A stretch of 64,000 nucleotides of DNA from Acidobacteriota bacterium (GCA_963666215.2 CAXWPL010000004.1:992001-1056000); one strand, 5' to 3'; counted from the stretch's first letter, positions 21,053 through 31,847 are shown. The notes: generated by a model not told the origin, from the letters alone. Numbers and translations: made by a program.

Positions 21053-23617
21053 CTAGGGCTCGAGAATCGCCCGGGCGCGGGCAACGAGATCTTCGAGATG
21101 CGCCTGCGTGACGGCGTCTTGCGTCGCCGCCGCGGCGCTGCTGGCGTCGTCCATGATCTCGCGTAGCTGTGCACGGGCCAGAGGGCGGATGTCCGACTGG
21201 CTGACATCGACCGCCGTGACCCGGCCGGCGAGGAAAGCGGGCGGCGCCTCGGGCTCTTCGGTCAGCAGGTACTCGAGACGTTCGATGTACGCACGCTGGA
21301 GGTTGCGGCGGTAGGGGTCGATGGGAGTGCCGTCACCCAGCTCTGAGAACACCCCTGCCTCGAGGTCATCGAGATAGTCGGCCAGCGGGTAGGCGTCGGG
21401 ATCGAACACCTCCGACTCGATCATGCGCTGCATTCGCCCCGGGTTGAGCATCTGGTTGAGGACCCTCACTTGACGGCCGCGCACGCGTTCGAGTGCTCCG
21501 GCGTGCTCGATGCGGCGCAGAAGCTCCCTGTCGGCGAGCCAGGTGGGCGACTCGAAGACCTCGTCGATGACGAAGCGAACCGCGGCCTCCTGATTGGCAC
21601 GCGGCACGGGGGTGTAGATGGGCTCGCCCTGATCGGTGGTCTTGGCGTTCTGGTAGCGGCCGCCCACCAGTGTCACGACATGCCCGACGTAGCGACCCCA
21701 CTGCCCGACGAGCTCGCCGTAGAGCTCCTGTAGATCGTCGAAATTCTCGCCGGGCGTCGAGGTCCAAGCGACCAGGTTGGGGAGCACGCGCTTGAGGTTG
21801 GCAACACCGTAGCCCGACGACAACACGGGGTCGTCGCCCATGTCTTCGGTTTGGGCGTCGGGGTTCCAGCCGGTGCTCGACCCGAAACGGTACATACGGT
21901 CGTCGGCGCGCTCCATGATCCACGAGTCGAGCGTGCTTTTCTCGTCGCCGGGCGACATCGCGCCAGGGATCGCTCGGTAGCCCCAGTTGATCGAGTGGTG
22001 GTCGTAGGGGCCGATCTTGCGGATGTAGTCGGTGGGTTGGAGTCCGTCGCCGGGTTGTGCGATGTAGTTCTGGCGCGCGTAGTCCATCACCGACGGCGAC
22101 ACGCCCATGCGTCGCGCGAAGTCAGGGTCGCGCAGCGACTCTGTGGGGTACGACGACGAGCCGATCATGTTGTGGGGCAAGCCCAGCGCGTGGCCGATCT
22201 CGTGCGCAATCACCTGGCGGACGGTCTCGCCCATGAGCTCGTCGGGGATGTCCAAGGATTGCGCCGCCGGGTTCGAGGCGCCGGTCTCGATCATGAGCCG
22301 GTTGCGGTACGAGCGCAGGTGGTTGTGGAACCAGACGATGTCGCTCTCGATGATCTCGCCTGTGCGCGGATCGGAGACCGACGGGCCCATTGCGTTGCGC
22401 ACCATGCTGGCGGCCCAGCGCACCACCGAGTACCGCGCGTCTTCGGCCGCCCATTCGGGATCCTCTTCGGGTCTCGGTGGCTCACGCGCGACGATGGCGT
22501 TGCTGAATCCCGCAGTCTCGAACGCCGCTTGCCAGTCCTCCACGCCTTGCTTGACGTATGCGCGCCATCTATCGGGCGTGGCCTGGTCGATGTAGTAGAC
22601 GATCGGGCTTACCGGGTCGACCAGGTCGCCGCGGGCGTACGCTTCGGGATCGCTCGGCTCCAGCCGCCAGCGCCGAATGAAGGTCTGCTCGGCGGCCTTG
22701 AGCTCGTCGAGCCCGAAGTTCACCTGCGTAACCGAGAAGTAGCCCACCCGGTCGTCGGCCGCGCGCGGCATCATCGGCTCTCGCGGCAGTAGCACCATCG
22801 ACTGGTGCATCTCCATCGAGATCGTGCCGGCCCGCGCGTCGCCTGGAGCCGCGGCGGCCTCGAAGGTGAGCGTGTGCCGCACGTCGACGTTGATGGGATA
22901 GCTGTGCACGCTGTTGATGAAGCTTCGATCGGCGTCGAGCCGGCGCACCTCGTATGTTCTCCGTTGTGCGGCAGACAGGCCCGACAAAGCCGGGGTGTCG
23001 CCGGAGTAGAAATCCGTGACGTCGATGACCACCGTCTGGCTATCCGGCGAGCTTTCTCCGGCATCACTGCTTGCGCCCTCACTCTCGCCGGCTGGGATCT
23101 CTCCATAAGCCTCGATATCGAAAACCTCGAGAATCGGCGCAAAGTTATTCCGCACGACCGACTCGAAGATCGGCAGCGAGTCCTCGGCCACCTGGTTGTA
23201 GGAGATCTTGCGCAGCAGAATCTGTTCATCGCGACGTTCCCAGCGCAGCACCTGTTCGGCCACCTTCGTCCCGGCGACGATGAACCCACCGAAGCCCGCC
23301 GGTACCCGCGCGATACGGCTGATCAACAGCATGTCGGTGTCGAGCAGCGACTCCGGAATCTCGAAGAAGTAGCGATCATCGACCTTGTGCGTCGTGAAGA
23401 GACCTTCGTCCGACTCGGCGTCCTCCGTGATCACATCTTCGTAGGGCGTGGGCCCGTCTTCCTCGTCGGCGCTCTCTTGCTCCGCAGCCTCTTGGGCGGA
23501 GTCGGTTTCCTCCGTCGACTGATCCGCCGGCGGACTCGTCGTCAGAGCTACCGGCGCCGTGGAGGCACAGCCGATCATCACGAAGGCGAGTAGGAGTGCG
23601 AGACGTGAGCTGTACAT
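21053..23617 (-). CDS. Zinc-dependent metalloprotease lipoprotein (DUF5117/DUF4953-type)
   Basis: Lipobox IGC; DPRTGEI; HEIGHALGLPHN; SVMDY Met-turn. Confidence 0.9.
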   Translation of the reverse strand: MYSSRLALLLAFVMIGCASTAPVALTTSPPADQSTEETDSAQEAAEQESADEEDGPTPYEDVITEDAESDEGLFTTHKVDDRYFFEIPESLLDTDMLLISRIARVPAGFGGFIVAGTKVAEQVLRWERRDEQILLRKISYNQVAEDSLPIFESVVRNNFAPILEVFDIEAYGEIPAGESEGASSDAGESSPDSQTVVIDVTDFYSGDTPALSGLSAAQRRTYEVRRLDADRSFINSVHSYPINVDVRHTLTFEAAAAPGDARAGTISMEMHQSMVLLPREPMMPRAADDRVGYFSVTQVNFGLDELKAAEQTFIRRWRLEPSDPEAYARGDLVDPVSPIVYYIDQATPDRWRAYVKQGVEDWQAAFETAGFSNAIVAREPPRPEEDPEWAAEDARYSVVRWAASMVRNAMGPSVSDPRTGEIIESDIVWFHNHLRSYRNRLMIETGASNPAAQSLDIPDELMGETVRQVIAHEIGHALGLPHNMIGSSSYPTESLRDPDFARRMGVSPSVMDYARQNYIAQPGDGLQPTDYIRKIGPYDHHSINWGYRAIPGAMSPGDEKSTLDSWIMERADDRMYRFGSSTGWNPDAQTEDMGDDPVLSSGYGVANLKRVLPNLVAWTSTPGENFDDLQELYGELVGQWGRYVGHVVTLVGGRYQNAKTTDQGEPIYTPVPRANQEAAVRFVIDEVFESPTWLADRELLRRIEHAGALERVRGRQVRVLNQMLNPGRMQRMIESEVFDPDAYPLADYLDDLEAGVFSELGDGTPIDPYRRNLQRAYIERLEYLLTEEPEAPPAFLAGRVTAVDVSQSDIRPLARAQLREIMDDASSAAAATQDAVTQAHLEDLVARARAILEP

Positions 23618-23675
23618 GATTCAGTCCTTCGGTCTGAAAGGGGGTTTGTGGCGCGATGGAGTCGACCCAGTGTCG

Positions 23676-24203
23676 CTAGCGCCTTCGCCTGGAGCGATCC
23701 ATGTTCGCGGTGGCGTGACCCGTAAGGAAGCGCCACTGACCGGCTTCCCGCACGACAGTTGTGCTGACCAAACCCACGAGGGTGAAGGCCCCGCTTCGAT
23801 CTGATTGCAGATTCTGTGTGAAGTGGAACGACACGGTGGCGGCGTCGAGCGATATCGGCACGATGCGCACACCGGAAACATCAATCGACACGTCGAACTG
23901 ATCTTCCAACGACGTGAGGCCGGCCATCACCTCGTCGCGAGACTCGTAGGTGAGGTTGCGGTTGGCTTCCATCCAGTAGAAGTCGGGAGACTCCGAGTAC
24001 ATCGCCGAGAGCGCCTCGGCATCGAAGTCGTTCGTGTGCGTGACGTAGCTCTGGACGAACTCCTCGAGCTCGGTTCGCACCCGTGCAGCGTCGTCATCGG
24101 TCAGAGCCGTTCCGCCACAGCTCAGTGACCCGATCGACGCCAGCACAACCAGCCACGCGCACCTAACCCGATGCTCTGGACTGCGGGATACTTCGAATCT
24201 CAT
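23676..24203 (-). CDS. NTF2-like/SnoaL-like fold putative lipoprotein
   Basis: LSCGG lipobox-like; DAEALSAMY; C-terminal VVREAGQWRFLTGH. Confidence 0.65.
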   Translation of the reverse strand: MRFEVSRSPEHRVRCAWLVVLASIGSLSCGGTALTDDDAARVRTELEEFVQSYVTHTNDFDAEALSAMYSESPDFYWMEANRNLTYESRDEVMAGLTSLEDQFDVSIDVSGVRIVPISLDAATVSFHFTQNLQSDRSGAFTLVGLVSTTVVREAGQWRFLTGHATANMDRSRRRR

Positions 24204-24288
24204 AGGACTTTCCGGCACCGCCACTCGACCTACCATCTGGTCGAGACACCCTACCGCGATCTTCGCTTATCCCCGGCCCGAGAACGAA

Positions 24289-24320
24289 ATCCATGAACAG
24301 ATCCATGAACAGATCCATGA
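24289..24320 (+). repeat. 12-bp tandem repeat (about 2.7 copies)
   Basis: ATCCATGAACAG ATCCATGAACAG ATCCATGA, giving three in-frame ATGs. Confidence 0.85.
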
Positions 24321-24806
24321 CCAATCAACGCGCTTTGATCGCGGCCGCTGTGGTCGCCCTTGCTGCTGCAGCACCCGTTCATGCCCAGTCGCCCGTCGAC
24401 GCGGGCGACGACAGTCGTGCCTTGGTGCAACTATGTTCAAACGAACTATACCGACCTCCTCGAGAACTTCCTTCAGGTGTTCGTTGGCGACATGAACTGC
24501 CAGTACGAGTTCGTCGATGACGACACGATGAACACCGTCGCCGCCGGCACGCTCGCTGCCCTCACCCGCCACGCGGCGTCGCTCATCCGAGCCAACCCGG
24601 CGGCCGCACTTGGCGAGCTCAGCGACGATCAGCTCATGTACGCGGCGTCGTTCGCCGTGCTCTCGATCTTCGAGCTCGACTCCAACAAACGCTCGGCGGT
24701 GATCCAGGCCGAATATGACGGCGACGCGGGCCTGTGTTCGAGCCGAGCGGGGGCGAACCGCGGTCTCTACCGGTGGCTACAGGCTTTCGAATTGCCTCCC
24801 GAATAG
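24293..24806 (+). pseudogene. Secreted hypothetical protein with an apparent frameshift near 24410-24425
   Basis: Signal peptide (RALIAAAVVALAAAAPVHA) in one frame; globular-looking body (WCNYVQTNY...ELPPE) in another. Confidence 0.5.
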
Positions 24807-25005
24807 GTGAGAGCAGCAAGCCGACGGGAAGGTGTATTGCGGCCGGCCAAACCAAGAATGGAAGTATGGGTACGGGTTTCCGGCTACCAGAGTCGTTAAG
24901 CGGAGCCGTAGAACGGCGAGCTCTCGAGCCAGAATTGCCTGGCGGCACCTGGTTTACTATCGGCACACTCTCAAGCCTTGTGCTGCTTCCCGGACGGAGC
25001 TGAAG

Positions 25006-26457
25006 ATGATCGAGACAAGACGGCGGCGGACCAACGCGCTGGCTCGCGCAACTGGGCGGATGATGCTCGCTGGGTTGGCGGTGGCACCGCTGGCTGCAAT
25101 GGCGTCGTGTGCGGAGCCCGTGGGCGACGGGGCAGCAACGGCGCTGGTTTCGGCGGCGGAGAGTTCACCGACAACGGCTTCGCTGGCGGCCGTCGAATGG
25201 ACGCAATGGCGCGGGCCAGGTCGCGACGGACGGGTGGGCACGCCGTTGCCGGGAACATTGCCCGACACCCTTACGCGCGGCTGGAGTGTGGAGGTGGGGC
25301 TGGGGCACTCGAGCCCGATCGTCGATGACGACCGGGTGTACGTTTTCACACGCAACGGCGACAACGAGGTCGTGCGCGCGCTCAGTCGCGCCGACGGACA
25401 AACACTGTGGCAGCAGTCGTACTTGGCGCCCTACAAGATGAATCCGTCGGCCGAGAGGGAGCATGGACCCGGGCCGAAGTCGACGCCGCTGCTGCACGGC
25501 GGCGCGATTTACACGGTCGGCATCGGTGGGTTCCTCTCGGCGACTGGTGTAAATGGTGAGTCTGTCTGGCGGCACGAGTTCGCCGGTCAATACTCGCCGC
25601 AGGAGCCGGTGTTTGGCGCCGCGATGTCGGCGATCGCGGTCGGCGACACGGTGGTCGCGCACGTTGGTGGTGATTACGACGGCACGCTTGCGGCGTTCGA
25701 CGCGGTCTCGGGTGCGATCCGCTGGCGACTCGACGGCGACGGGCCGGGTTACGCCTCGCCCATCATGGTTGACCTGGCGGGCACGTCGCTGCTGGTCACG
25801 CAGACCGACTCGGCGATTGTCGGGGTGTCGCCGACGACGGGGGAACTGCTCTGGCGCATGCCGTTCAAGACGGAGTTCGACCAGAATGTCATCACGCCGC
25901 TGCTGGCCGGCGACCGGCTCATTCTCTCGGGGCTCGACCACGGCGTGTTCGCGGTGGAGCTGCGGCGCGAAGGCGACACCCAGGCGATGGTCTCCCACGA
26001 AGTGTGGCGCAACCAAGAGGTGTCGCTCTACATGAGCTCGCCGGTGCTGGTTGGCGATCGGCTGTTTGGCATGTCGCACCGTAGGTCGGGCCAGTTCTTC
26101 GCGCTCGACGTGGCAACGGGCGAGACGATCTGGACGAGCGTCGGCCGCGAGGGCGACAACGCCGCCATTCTCGCGAACGACGACCACGTGCTGTTCCTCA
26201 CCGACGGCGCCGAGCTCATCGTGCAGCCGGTAGCCGGCGACGAGTTCGCTCCGGTAGCACGCTACGAGGTCGCGAACACCTCCACGTGGGCGCACCCGGT
26301 GCTGCTACCCGAGGGTGTACTGATCAAAGACCTCGAGCACCTGACGCTCTGGCGCTTCCGCCAGCCGCTGGCGTTCGACCGTTCTAGGAGCCAGGTCGAC
26401 ACGGCGGCAGCCGGTTCGTCTCCCGTCTGGCCGGTCCAGCCAGGTTCTGCCTATTGA
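25006..26457 (+). CDS. PQQ-like beta-propeller repeat protein
   Basis: WTQWRGPGRDG, GHSSP, GPKSTP, GYASP, YMSSP, TWAHPV. Confidence 0.88.
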   Translation: MIETRRRRTNALARATGRMMLAGLAVAPLAAMASCAEPVGDGAATALVSAAESSPTTASLAAVEWTQWRGPGRDGRVGTPLPGTLPDTLTRGWSVEVGLGHSSPIVDDDRVYVFTRNGDNEVVRALSRADGQTLWQQSYLAPYKMNPSAEREHGPGPKSTPLLHGGAIYTVGIGGFLSATGVNGESVWRHEFAGQYSPQEPVFGAAMSAIAVGDTVVAHVGGDYDGTLAAFDAVSGAIRWRLDGDGPGYASPIMVDLAGTSLLVTQTDSAIVGVSPTTGELLWRMPFKTEFDQNVITPLLAGDRLILSGLDHGVFAVELRREGDTQAMVSHEVWRNQEVSLYMSSPVLVGDRLFGMSHRRSGQFFALDVATGETIWTSVGREGDNAAILANDDHVLFLTDGAELIVQPVAGDEFAPVARYEVANTSTWAHPVLLPEGVLIKDLEHLTLWRFRQPLAFDRSRSQVDTAAAGSSPVWPVQPGSAY

Positions 26458-27284
26458 TCGCGCGCCAATGCGGCGAGCCCGCGCACGCAAGGCCGCGCCT
26501 CGGCGTCCAGCGCGACGCACTTCTCGAATGCCGCCTTGGCGAGGTCGGTGTGGCCCGCGTCCATATGCACCTGGCCGGCCATCGCGTGGTTGAAGACGTA
26601 GTCGGGGAACAGCTCGATGTTCTTGCCGAGGATGGCCATCGCGACGTTGTGTTCTCTGCCCTGGGCCAGCTCGGCCAGGCTGCCGGCGGTGAAGTCGTAG
26701 GTGGCGGCGCCGTAGTACTCGGCGCGCAACTCGTCGTAGCGTGCCATCGTGGCTTCAACGCCGTCGTGCTCGAGCACGACGGTGAGTGTCTGCACCAGCG
26801 TCGTCGGTGTTGAGGCGCCGTGGTGGCAGGTGTAGCAGCTCACCTGGACGGGGTCGCCGTGCACATGGGTGCCGCGTGCTTCCTGCGCCTCGTGAAGGTG
26901 CTCGCTATTGATGTTGTTCACCATCTTGAGCATCACGCGGGCGATCTTCTTGTGTTCCTTCTCATCGGAGGCGAAGTCGAAGGTCGACAGATCGGCTCCC
27001 GGCTCTCCGACGTGGCAGTACTCGCAGCGCACACCGAGCGCCGCCGCGAAGCCGCGCATGATGGGGAAGAGCTCGCGGCGCGTCAAATCGGATGAGAGCA
27101 CCTGCAGGTTCGTCGGCCCCTCCTGCTGACCGCCGGCCTGTGCGGCTGGAGTTGCCGGAACCGGCGCCGGCGCGGTGGTCCCGGCGGCGTTGGCGGTGGG
27201 GTTCGAGAGCGCGAACGCGCCCACGATCAATGCCAGTCCAACGAGGAAGACGGTCGCGTTCCCGTGCCGCGAGGTGTGGGTCAT
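26451..27284 (-). CDS. Secreted diheme c-type cytochrome (reaction-centre cytochrome c-like domain) with C-terminal TPR-like region
   Basis: AGGAG before ATG 27284; signal peptide; CEYCH and CYTCH; NLQVL and KKIARVM motifs. Confidence 0.85.
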   Translation of the reverse strand: MTHTSRHGNATVFLVGLALIVGAFALSNPTANAAGTTAPAPVPATPAAQAGGQQEGPTNLQVLSSDLTRRELFPIMRGFAAALGVRCEYCHVGEPGADLSTFDFASDEKEHKKIARVMLKMVNNINSEHLHEAQEARGTHVHGDPVQVSCYTCHHGASTPTTLVQTLTVVLEHDGVEATMARYDELRAEYYGAATYDFTAGSLAELAQGREHNVAMAILGKNIELFPDYVFNHAMAGQVHMDAGHTDLAKAAFEKCVALDAEARPCVRGLAALARDQ

Positions 27285-27632
27285 GCTCGGTGCTCCTGAG
27301 AGGCGTTGACGTTCGGGCGCGCAGTGCTCGTATTCCGTGGTCGGGCTCGGCGATCTCAGCGCCGCGAGGCGCTCGCTCGGCAGAACCTTCGGGGATTGTA
27401 CGCTGCCGCCGTTATTGAGGGCGGACGCGGCCCGCCCGGGCCGGTCGGGCCCGGGCCCAGGGTCATACACGACACCACCGACATCGAGTCCCGCGATCAC
27501 TGCCGTCGCGATCACCTTGTCCGCCCCGCGAAATTCCGACCAGGTCGCGAGCCCGATACCATGTCGATGGAAGAAGCGTCGAACTGCCAGTGTCAGGCGG
27601 CGCCATCTGACAGCCACCGCGACGGGAGACCC

Positions 27633-28360
<728 letters not shown>

Positions 28361-28377
28361 CCGCGGCCAACCGCCAC

Positions 28378-28947
28378 TCACTCCACAGGTTGGGCCGCAC
28401 TGCGAAGCCGCTCGAGCAGCGGCTCCACCTCCAGCCGTCGTGCCCACTCTTCGAGATACGCCTGATCGAGCCGGGCAAACTGCAACTCATACACGGCGAG
28501 GGCGTCGCGTTCCTGACGCTTGCTTCCCCCGGAGAGCCGCGACCAACGCAGTTTCGCGAGAATCGTGTCTTCTGGGCTCGACACGAATACCTGCGAGCCG
28601 AACAGTTGGATCTCCAGACGACGAGCGAATCGCGAAACGTCAAAAGGCTCGTCGGTCAACAGCCAGAAATCGATCTTGTCGCCGGAGGTCAGATCGAGCA
28701 CGTTGAACATCGAACGCGCCTCGATGGCATCGTGTATGCCGTCGACACTCAGGTAGAAATCAGGCTCTGGAAAACTCCCGACGAGAGCCTCGACGGAACG
28801 CTTCTCGAGCTCGACGACGAGGTCGATGTCATGGGTGGACCGCGGCTCACCCTGGATGCTGGAGACCGTCGAGCCGGTGACCATGTATGCGACGCCGGCC
28901 CGGTCGAGTGCCTCGAGAGCGTGAGTCAGCAGGCTCTGCTGTGACAC
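28378..28947 (-). CDS. Nucleotidyltransferase-fold protein (DUF6036/AbiEii-like)
   Basis: YMVTGS...PRSTHDIDLVV, SPEDTILAKL, KRQERDA; GTG start at 28947. Confidence 0.75.
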   Translation of the reverse strand: MSQQSLLTHALEALDRAGVAYMVTGSTVSSIQGEPRSTHDIDLVVELEKRSVEALVGSFPEPDFYLSVDGIHDAIEARSMFNVLDLTSGDKIDFWLLTDEPFDVSRFARRLEIQLFGSQVFVSSPEDTILAKLRWSRLSGGSKRQERDALAVYELQFARLDQAYLEEWARRLEVEPLLERLRSAAQPVE

Positions 28948-29147
28948 TTCAGCAGCCGCTCCACATACAGATCTTGAAGTTCCTGACGTCCCAACTCCGG
29001 GAATCGTTCCCGCAGACCGGACAGAAATAACTCGCGGCTCCACGCCGACAGCTCGAAGGCTTTCAGCAGCCGTTCTTCTGGCGACATCGCGGCAAGCGTG
29101 CGCAAGTAGCGCGCGCGGTTCGGCTGCGCTTTGGCGGGCTGAATCAT
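28926..29147 (-). CDS. Small helical protein, partner of the nucleotidyltransferase
   Basis: MSPEERLLKAFELS...GLRERFPE; overlaps the start of the downstream gene. Confidence 0.65.
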   Translation of the reverse strand: MIQPAKAQPNRARYLRTLAAMSPEERLLKAFELSAWSRELFLSGLRERFPELGRQELQDLYVERLLKCHSRAC

Positions 29148-29228
29148 GGCCGGATTGTATCGCGGCGTTTCGCGAGTCCGACGCGCCGGCGTGTTGGCGT
29201 TGGGACGGCCGGTGCGTAGGATGCCCGC

Positions 29229-29999
29229 ATGCCGTTCCTATCCGATGGGTTCGATCGAATCGACCCGGTTCTCTGGGTGCTCGGGTGCACCAGCCTCGCC
29301 GCGCTGTTCGCCGCGCTAGGGGTGCTGCCGCTGATTGGTCGCGAGAAGATTCCGCGTCGCTGGATGGGCTGGGCCAACGCCATGGCCGGCGGCATGATGC
29401 TCGGGTCCGCCTACGTGATTGCCCAGGCCGGCCTGAGCGGCGCCGGTCGCGAGGTGCTGCCGGGCACGCTGGGAGCTCTGGCCGGCATCGGCTTCATCTA
29501 TTGGACCCATAGGGCCTCCGGCACCGACGAGATCGAGCTCAACCGACTCAACGAAGATCGTCCCGACTACGGCTACCAGGTGCTGCTGGTCAACACGCTG
29601 CACTCCGCCTCTGAAGGTGTGGCGATCGGCGTCGCCATGGTCATCGACCTCCGCTTCGGCGCCTTCATGGCGTTGGCCATGGCAATCCACAACGCGCCCG
29701 AAGTCACCGTCTTGGCAGCCGTTCTACGCTCGCGCGGGGCACAGCTGTCGTGGGCTGCCGCTCTCGGTGTGATGACCAACATCAGCCAGGTCCTGTTCGC
29801 CGTCGTCGTCTACGCCGTCGTCTCCGCGGCTCCCGCGATGCTGCCCCTGGTGATCGGCTTCGCCGTTGGCGCCCTCATGCACCTCGTGCTCGTCGAGCTG
29901 CTCCCCGAGAGCTACAAGGTGGCGGGGCACACGAGCATCGCATTGTCGGTGTCGGCCGCAATGGGGATTGTCGTGTTGCTCGAGGGGGTGGCGGCGTGA
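29229..29999 (+). CDS. ZIP family metal transporter
   Basis: Multiple hydrophobic segments; AGGMML, LHSASEG, IHNAPE, ELLPE. Confidence 0.85.
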   Translation: MPFLSDGFDRIDPVLWVLGCTSLAALFAALGVLPLIGREKIPRRWMGWANAMAGGMMLGSAYVIAQAGLSGAGREVLPGTLGALAGIGFIYWTHRASGTDEIELNRLNEDRPDYGYQVLLVNTLHSASEGVAIGVAMVIDLRFGAFMALAMAIHNAPEVTVLAAVLRSRGAQLSWAAALGVMTNISQVLFAVVVYAVVSAAPAMLPLVIGFAVGALMHLVLVELLPESYKVAGHTSIALSVSAAMGIVVLLEGVAA

Positions 30000-30733
30000 G
30001 CGAGCTTCATCCAGCGCTGCTCGTCTTCCTCTACGGCCTGGCCACCGCATTGGCAACCGGCCTCGGCGCGCTGCCCTTCGCCTTCGTCCAAAACATCTCG
30101 CCGCGGGTGGTCGCCTCGGCGAACGCCATCGCCTCAGGCCTCATGCTCGGCGCCTGCTTCGGCCTCGTCGCCGAAGGCACCAACCACGGCGCCTGGCAAA
30201 CCATCGCCGGCGCCAACATCGGCGTCCTCTTCATCCTCGCCACCCAGCGCTTCCTGCACGGCCACGACGTCGAGTTCGGCGTAGCCCGCGGCGCCGGCGC
30301 CCGGCAAATGCTCCTGATGGTCGTCGTCATGACCGTGCACTCGTTCTCCGAAGGCGTAGCCGTAGGCGCCTCCTTCGGCGGCGGCATGAGCCTGGCGGCC
30401 ATCATCACCATCGCCATCGCCGTCCACAACGTCCCCGAGGGCCTCGCCATCAGCGCCGTCCTCCGCCCCCGCGGCGTCAGCGTTGCCGGCTGCGCCGGCT
30501 GGTCGATCTTCTCGTCGCTGCCTCAGCCCATCATGGCGGTGCCGGCATTCTTATTCGTCGAGGCGTTCCGGCCGGCGCTTCCTTACGGCGTTGGGTTTGC
30601 CGCTGGGGCGATGGTTTTCCTTGTATTTGTTGAATTGCTCCCGGAAGCGTTCGAGCAAGGTCGCCGGCATACTGTCGCGTTGCTCGTCAGTCTGACGCTT
30701 GTCGGCATGGTGCTGTTCCAACAACTTCTCTAG
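29996..30733 (+). CDS. ZIP family metal transporter (second copy)
   Basis: GTGA overlap; ATGLGALP, VHSFSEG, VHNVPEG, GFAAGAM, ELLPE. Confidence 0.88.
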   Translation: MSELHPALLVFLYGLATALATGLGALPFAFVQNISPRVVASANAIASGLMLGACFGLVAEGTNHGAWQTIAGANIGVLFILATQRFLHGHDVEFGVARGAGARQMLLMVVVMTVHSFSEGVAVGASFGGGMSLAAIITIAIAVHNVPEGLAISAVLRPRGVSVAGCAGWSIFSSLPQPIMAVPAFLFVEAFRPALPYGVGFAAGAMVFLVFVELLPEAFEQGRRHTVALLVSLTLVGMVLFQQLL

Positions 30734-31045
30734 TCGCGCGCCGATCATTCATCGAGGTCAAGCGCGCAAACGCTGCAAGGAACACCGTCTTTTGCTCGGC
30801 GCCTATCGAGCGGGCTCCGCAGCGTTTGCACGGGCGCGCGAGTCTCGGCGATCGCCGCGTTAGCCAGACATACATGGGCGTCCGCGGCACTCTGGAGTTT
30901 GAGTCCGGCTGCGGTGGTGTAAGTGTCACCTCATTGGGCAGAGCCGCCATTCAGGTCAACAAAAGCTTTGCGGACAAGGGTCGCCGACTCGAGCATCCAG
31001 ATCGCAGCAAGGAGGGCACGTACACTGCCGAAGGCGTCGCGGCTG

Positions 31046-31837
31046 CTACTCCTCGATCACTGCGCGGAACCTCTCCTCGGCCCTGTCGATGAAGCTGAGG
31101 TAGCCTTCCGGGTCGACAAACGGCTCGACCGGGTCCTCTGCTGCTTCGAGGCTTTCCTGAAACTTGCGCCAGCGGCCGAAATCTCTCGCATGCGGCGTGA
31201 GGCCACAGATGTGGACGACGTGCAGCTCACGGTCGCCCTCGCGAAGGGGAATCGACCACGAGGTGCAGCCGGGCGTGTGGCCGGCCGTGACATGCGCCGT
31301 GAGCTCGGTCGGCCCGAGGCGGATCGTCGCGCCGTCCTCGAACCGGTGGTCGACGCGCGGGGCCGGGTACCTGACGATCGGCAGATACGAGATGAACCAG
31401 AAGGGCCCGAAGAAGGCACCGCCGGCGCCGCCGGCCGCGATGAAGTCGGCTGCCCGCCCGCTGACCCACAGCTCGGCGCCCGACGCCTCCTGCAGGGCCG
31501 CCAGTCCGCCCGCGTGATCGAAGTGCGAGTGCGAGTTGAGCAGCACCTTGACGTCGGCGATGTCGAAGCCGAGCTCGGCGATGCTCGCGATAATCATCGG
31601 GGCGGTTCCGGGATATCCGCCGTCGATCAAGACGTGGCCCTCGGGCCCGGTGAGCAGAAACGATGTGGCGTCGTTGGCGCCGACGTAGTACAGGTTGCCG
31701 GCGATGCGGAACGGTTCGGCGTACTGCTGCCCGCCACGGTTTGTGACGTCTCGCCACTTGCCGTAGAGCACCACGGCGAGGACGGCCGCCACTCCCAGCA
31801 GGACACGCAGCCAACGTCGTTCAGGGAGGAGTCGCAT
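31046..31837 (-). CDS. Subclass B3 metallo-beta-lactamase-like protein (probable internal deletion)
   Basis: EPFRIAGNLYYVG, LIDGG, HSHFDH, GHTPGCT, PFVDPEG. Confidence 0.8.
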   Translation of the reverse strand: MRLLPERRWLRVLLGVAAVLAVVLYGKWRDVTNRGGQQYAEPFRIAGNLYYVGANDATSFLLTGPEGHVLIDGGYPGTAPMIIASIAELGFDIADVKVLLNSHSHFDHAGGLAALQEASGAELWVSGRAADFIAAGGAGGAFFGPFWFISYLPIVRYPAPRVDHRFEDGATIRLGPTELTAHVTAGHTPGCTSWSIPLREGDRELHVVHICGLTPHARDFGRWRKFQESLEAAEDPVEPFVDPEGYLSFIDRAEERFRAVIEE

Positions 31838-31847
31838 CTACTTGCCC

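Noticed and set aside
24289-24320. CRISPR array
   Set aside because: Short head-to-tail repeats with no spacers and no cas genes.
26451-27284. Evidence for phototrophy from a reaction-centre cytochrome-like domain
   Set aside because: Only two CxxCH motifs plus a TPR-like tail, and no puf or bch genes nearby.
30765-30870. Integron attC site (hairpin CAAACGCTGC...GCAGCGTTTG followed by GTTAGCC)
   Set aside because: No matching RYYYAAC inverse core at a suitable position, no cassette array and no integrase.
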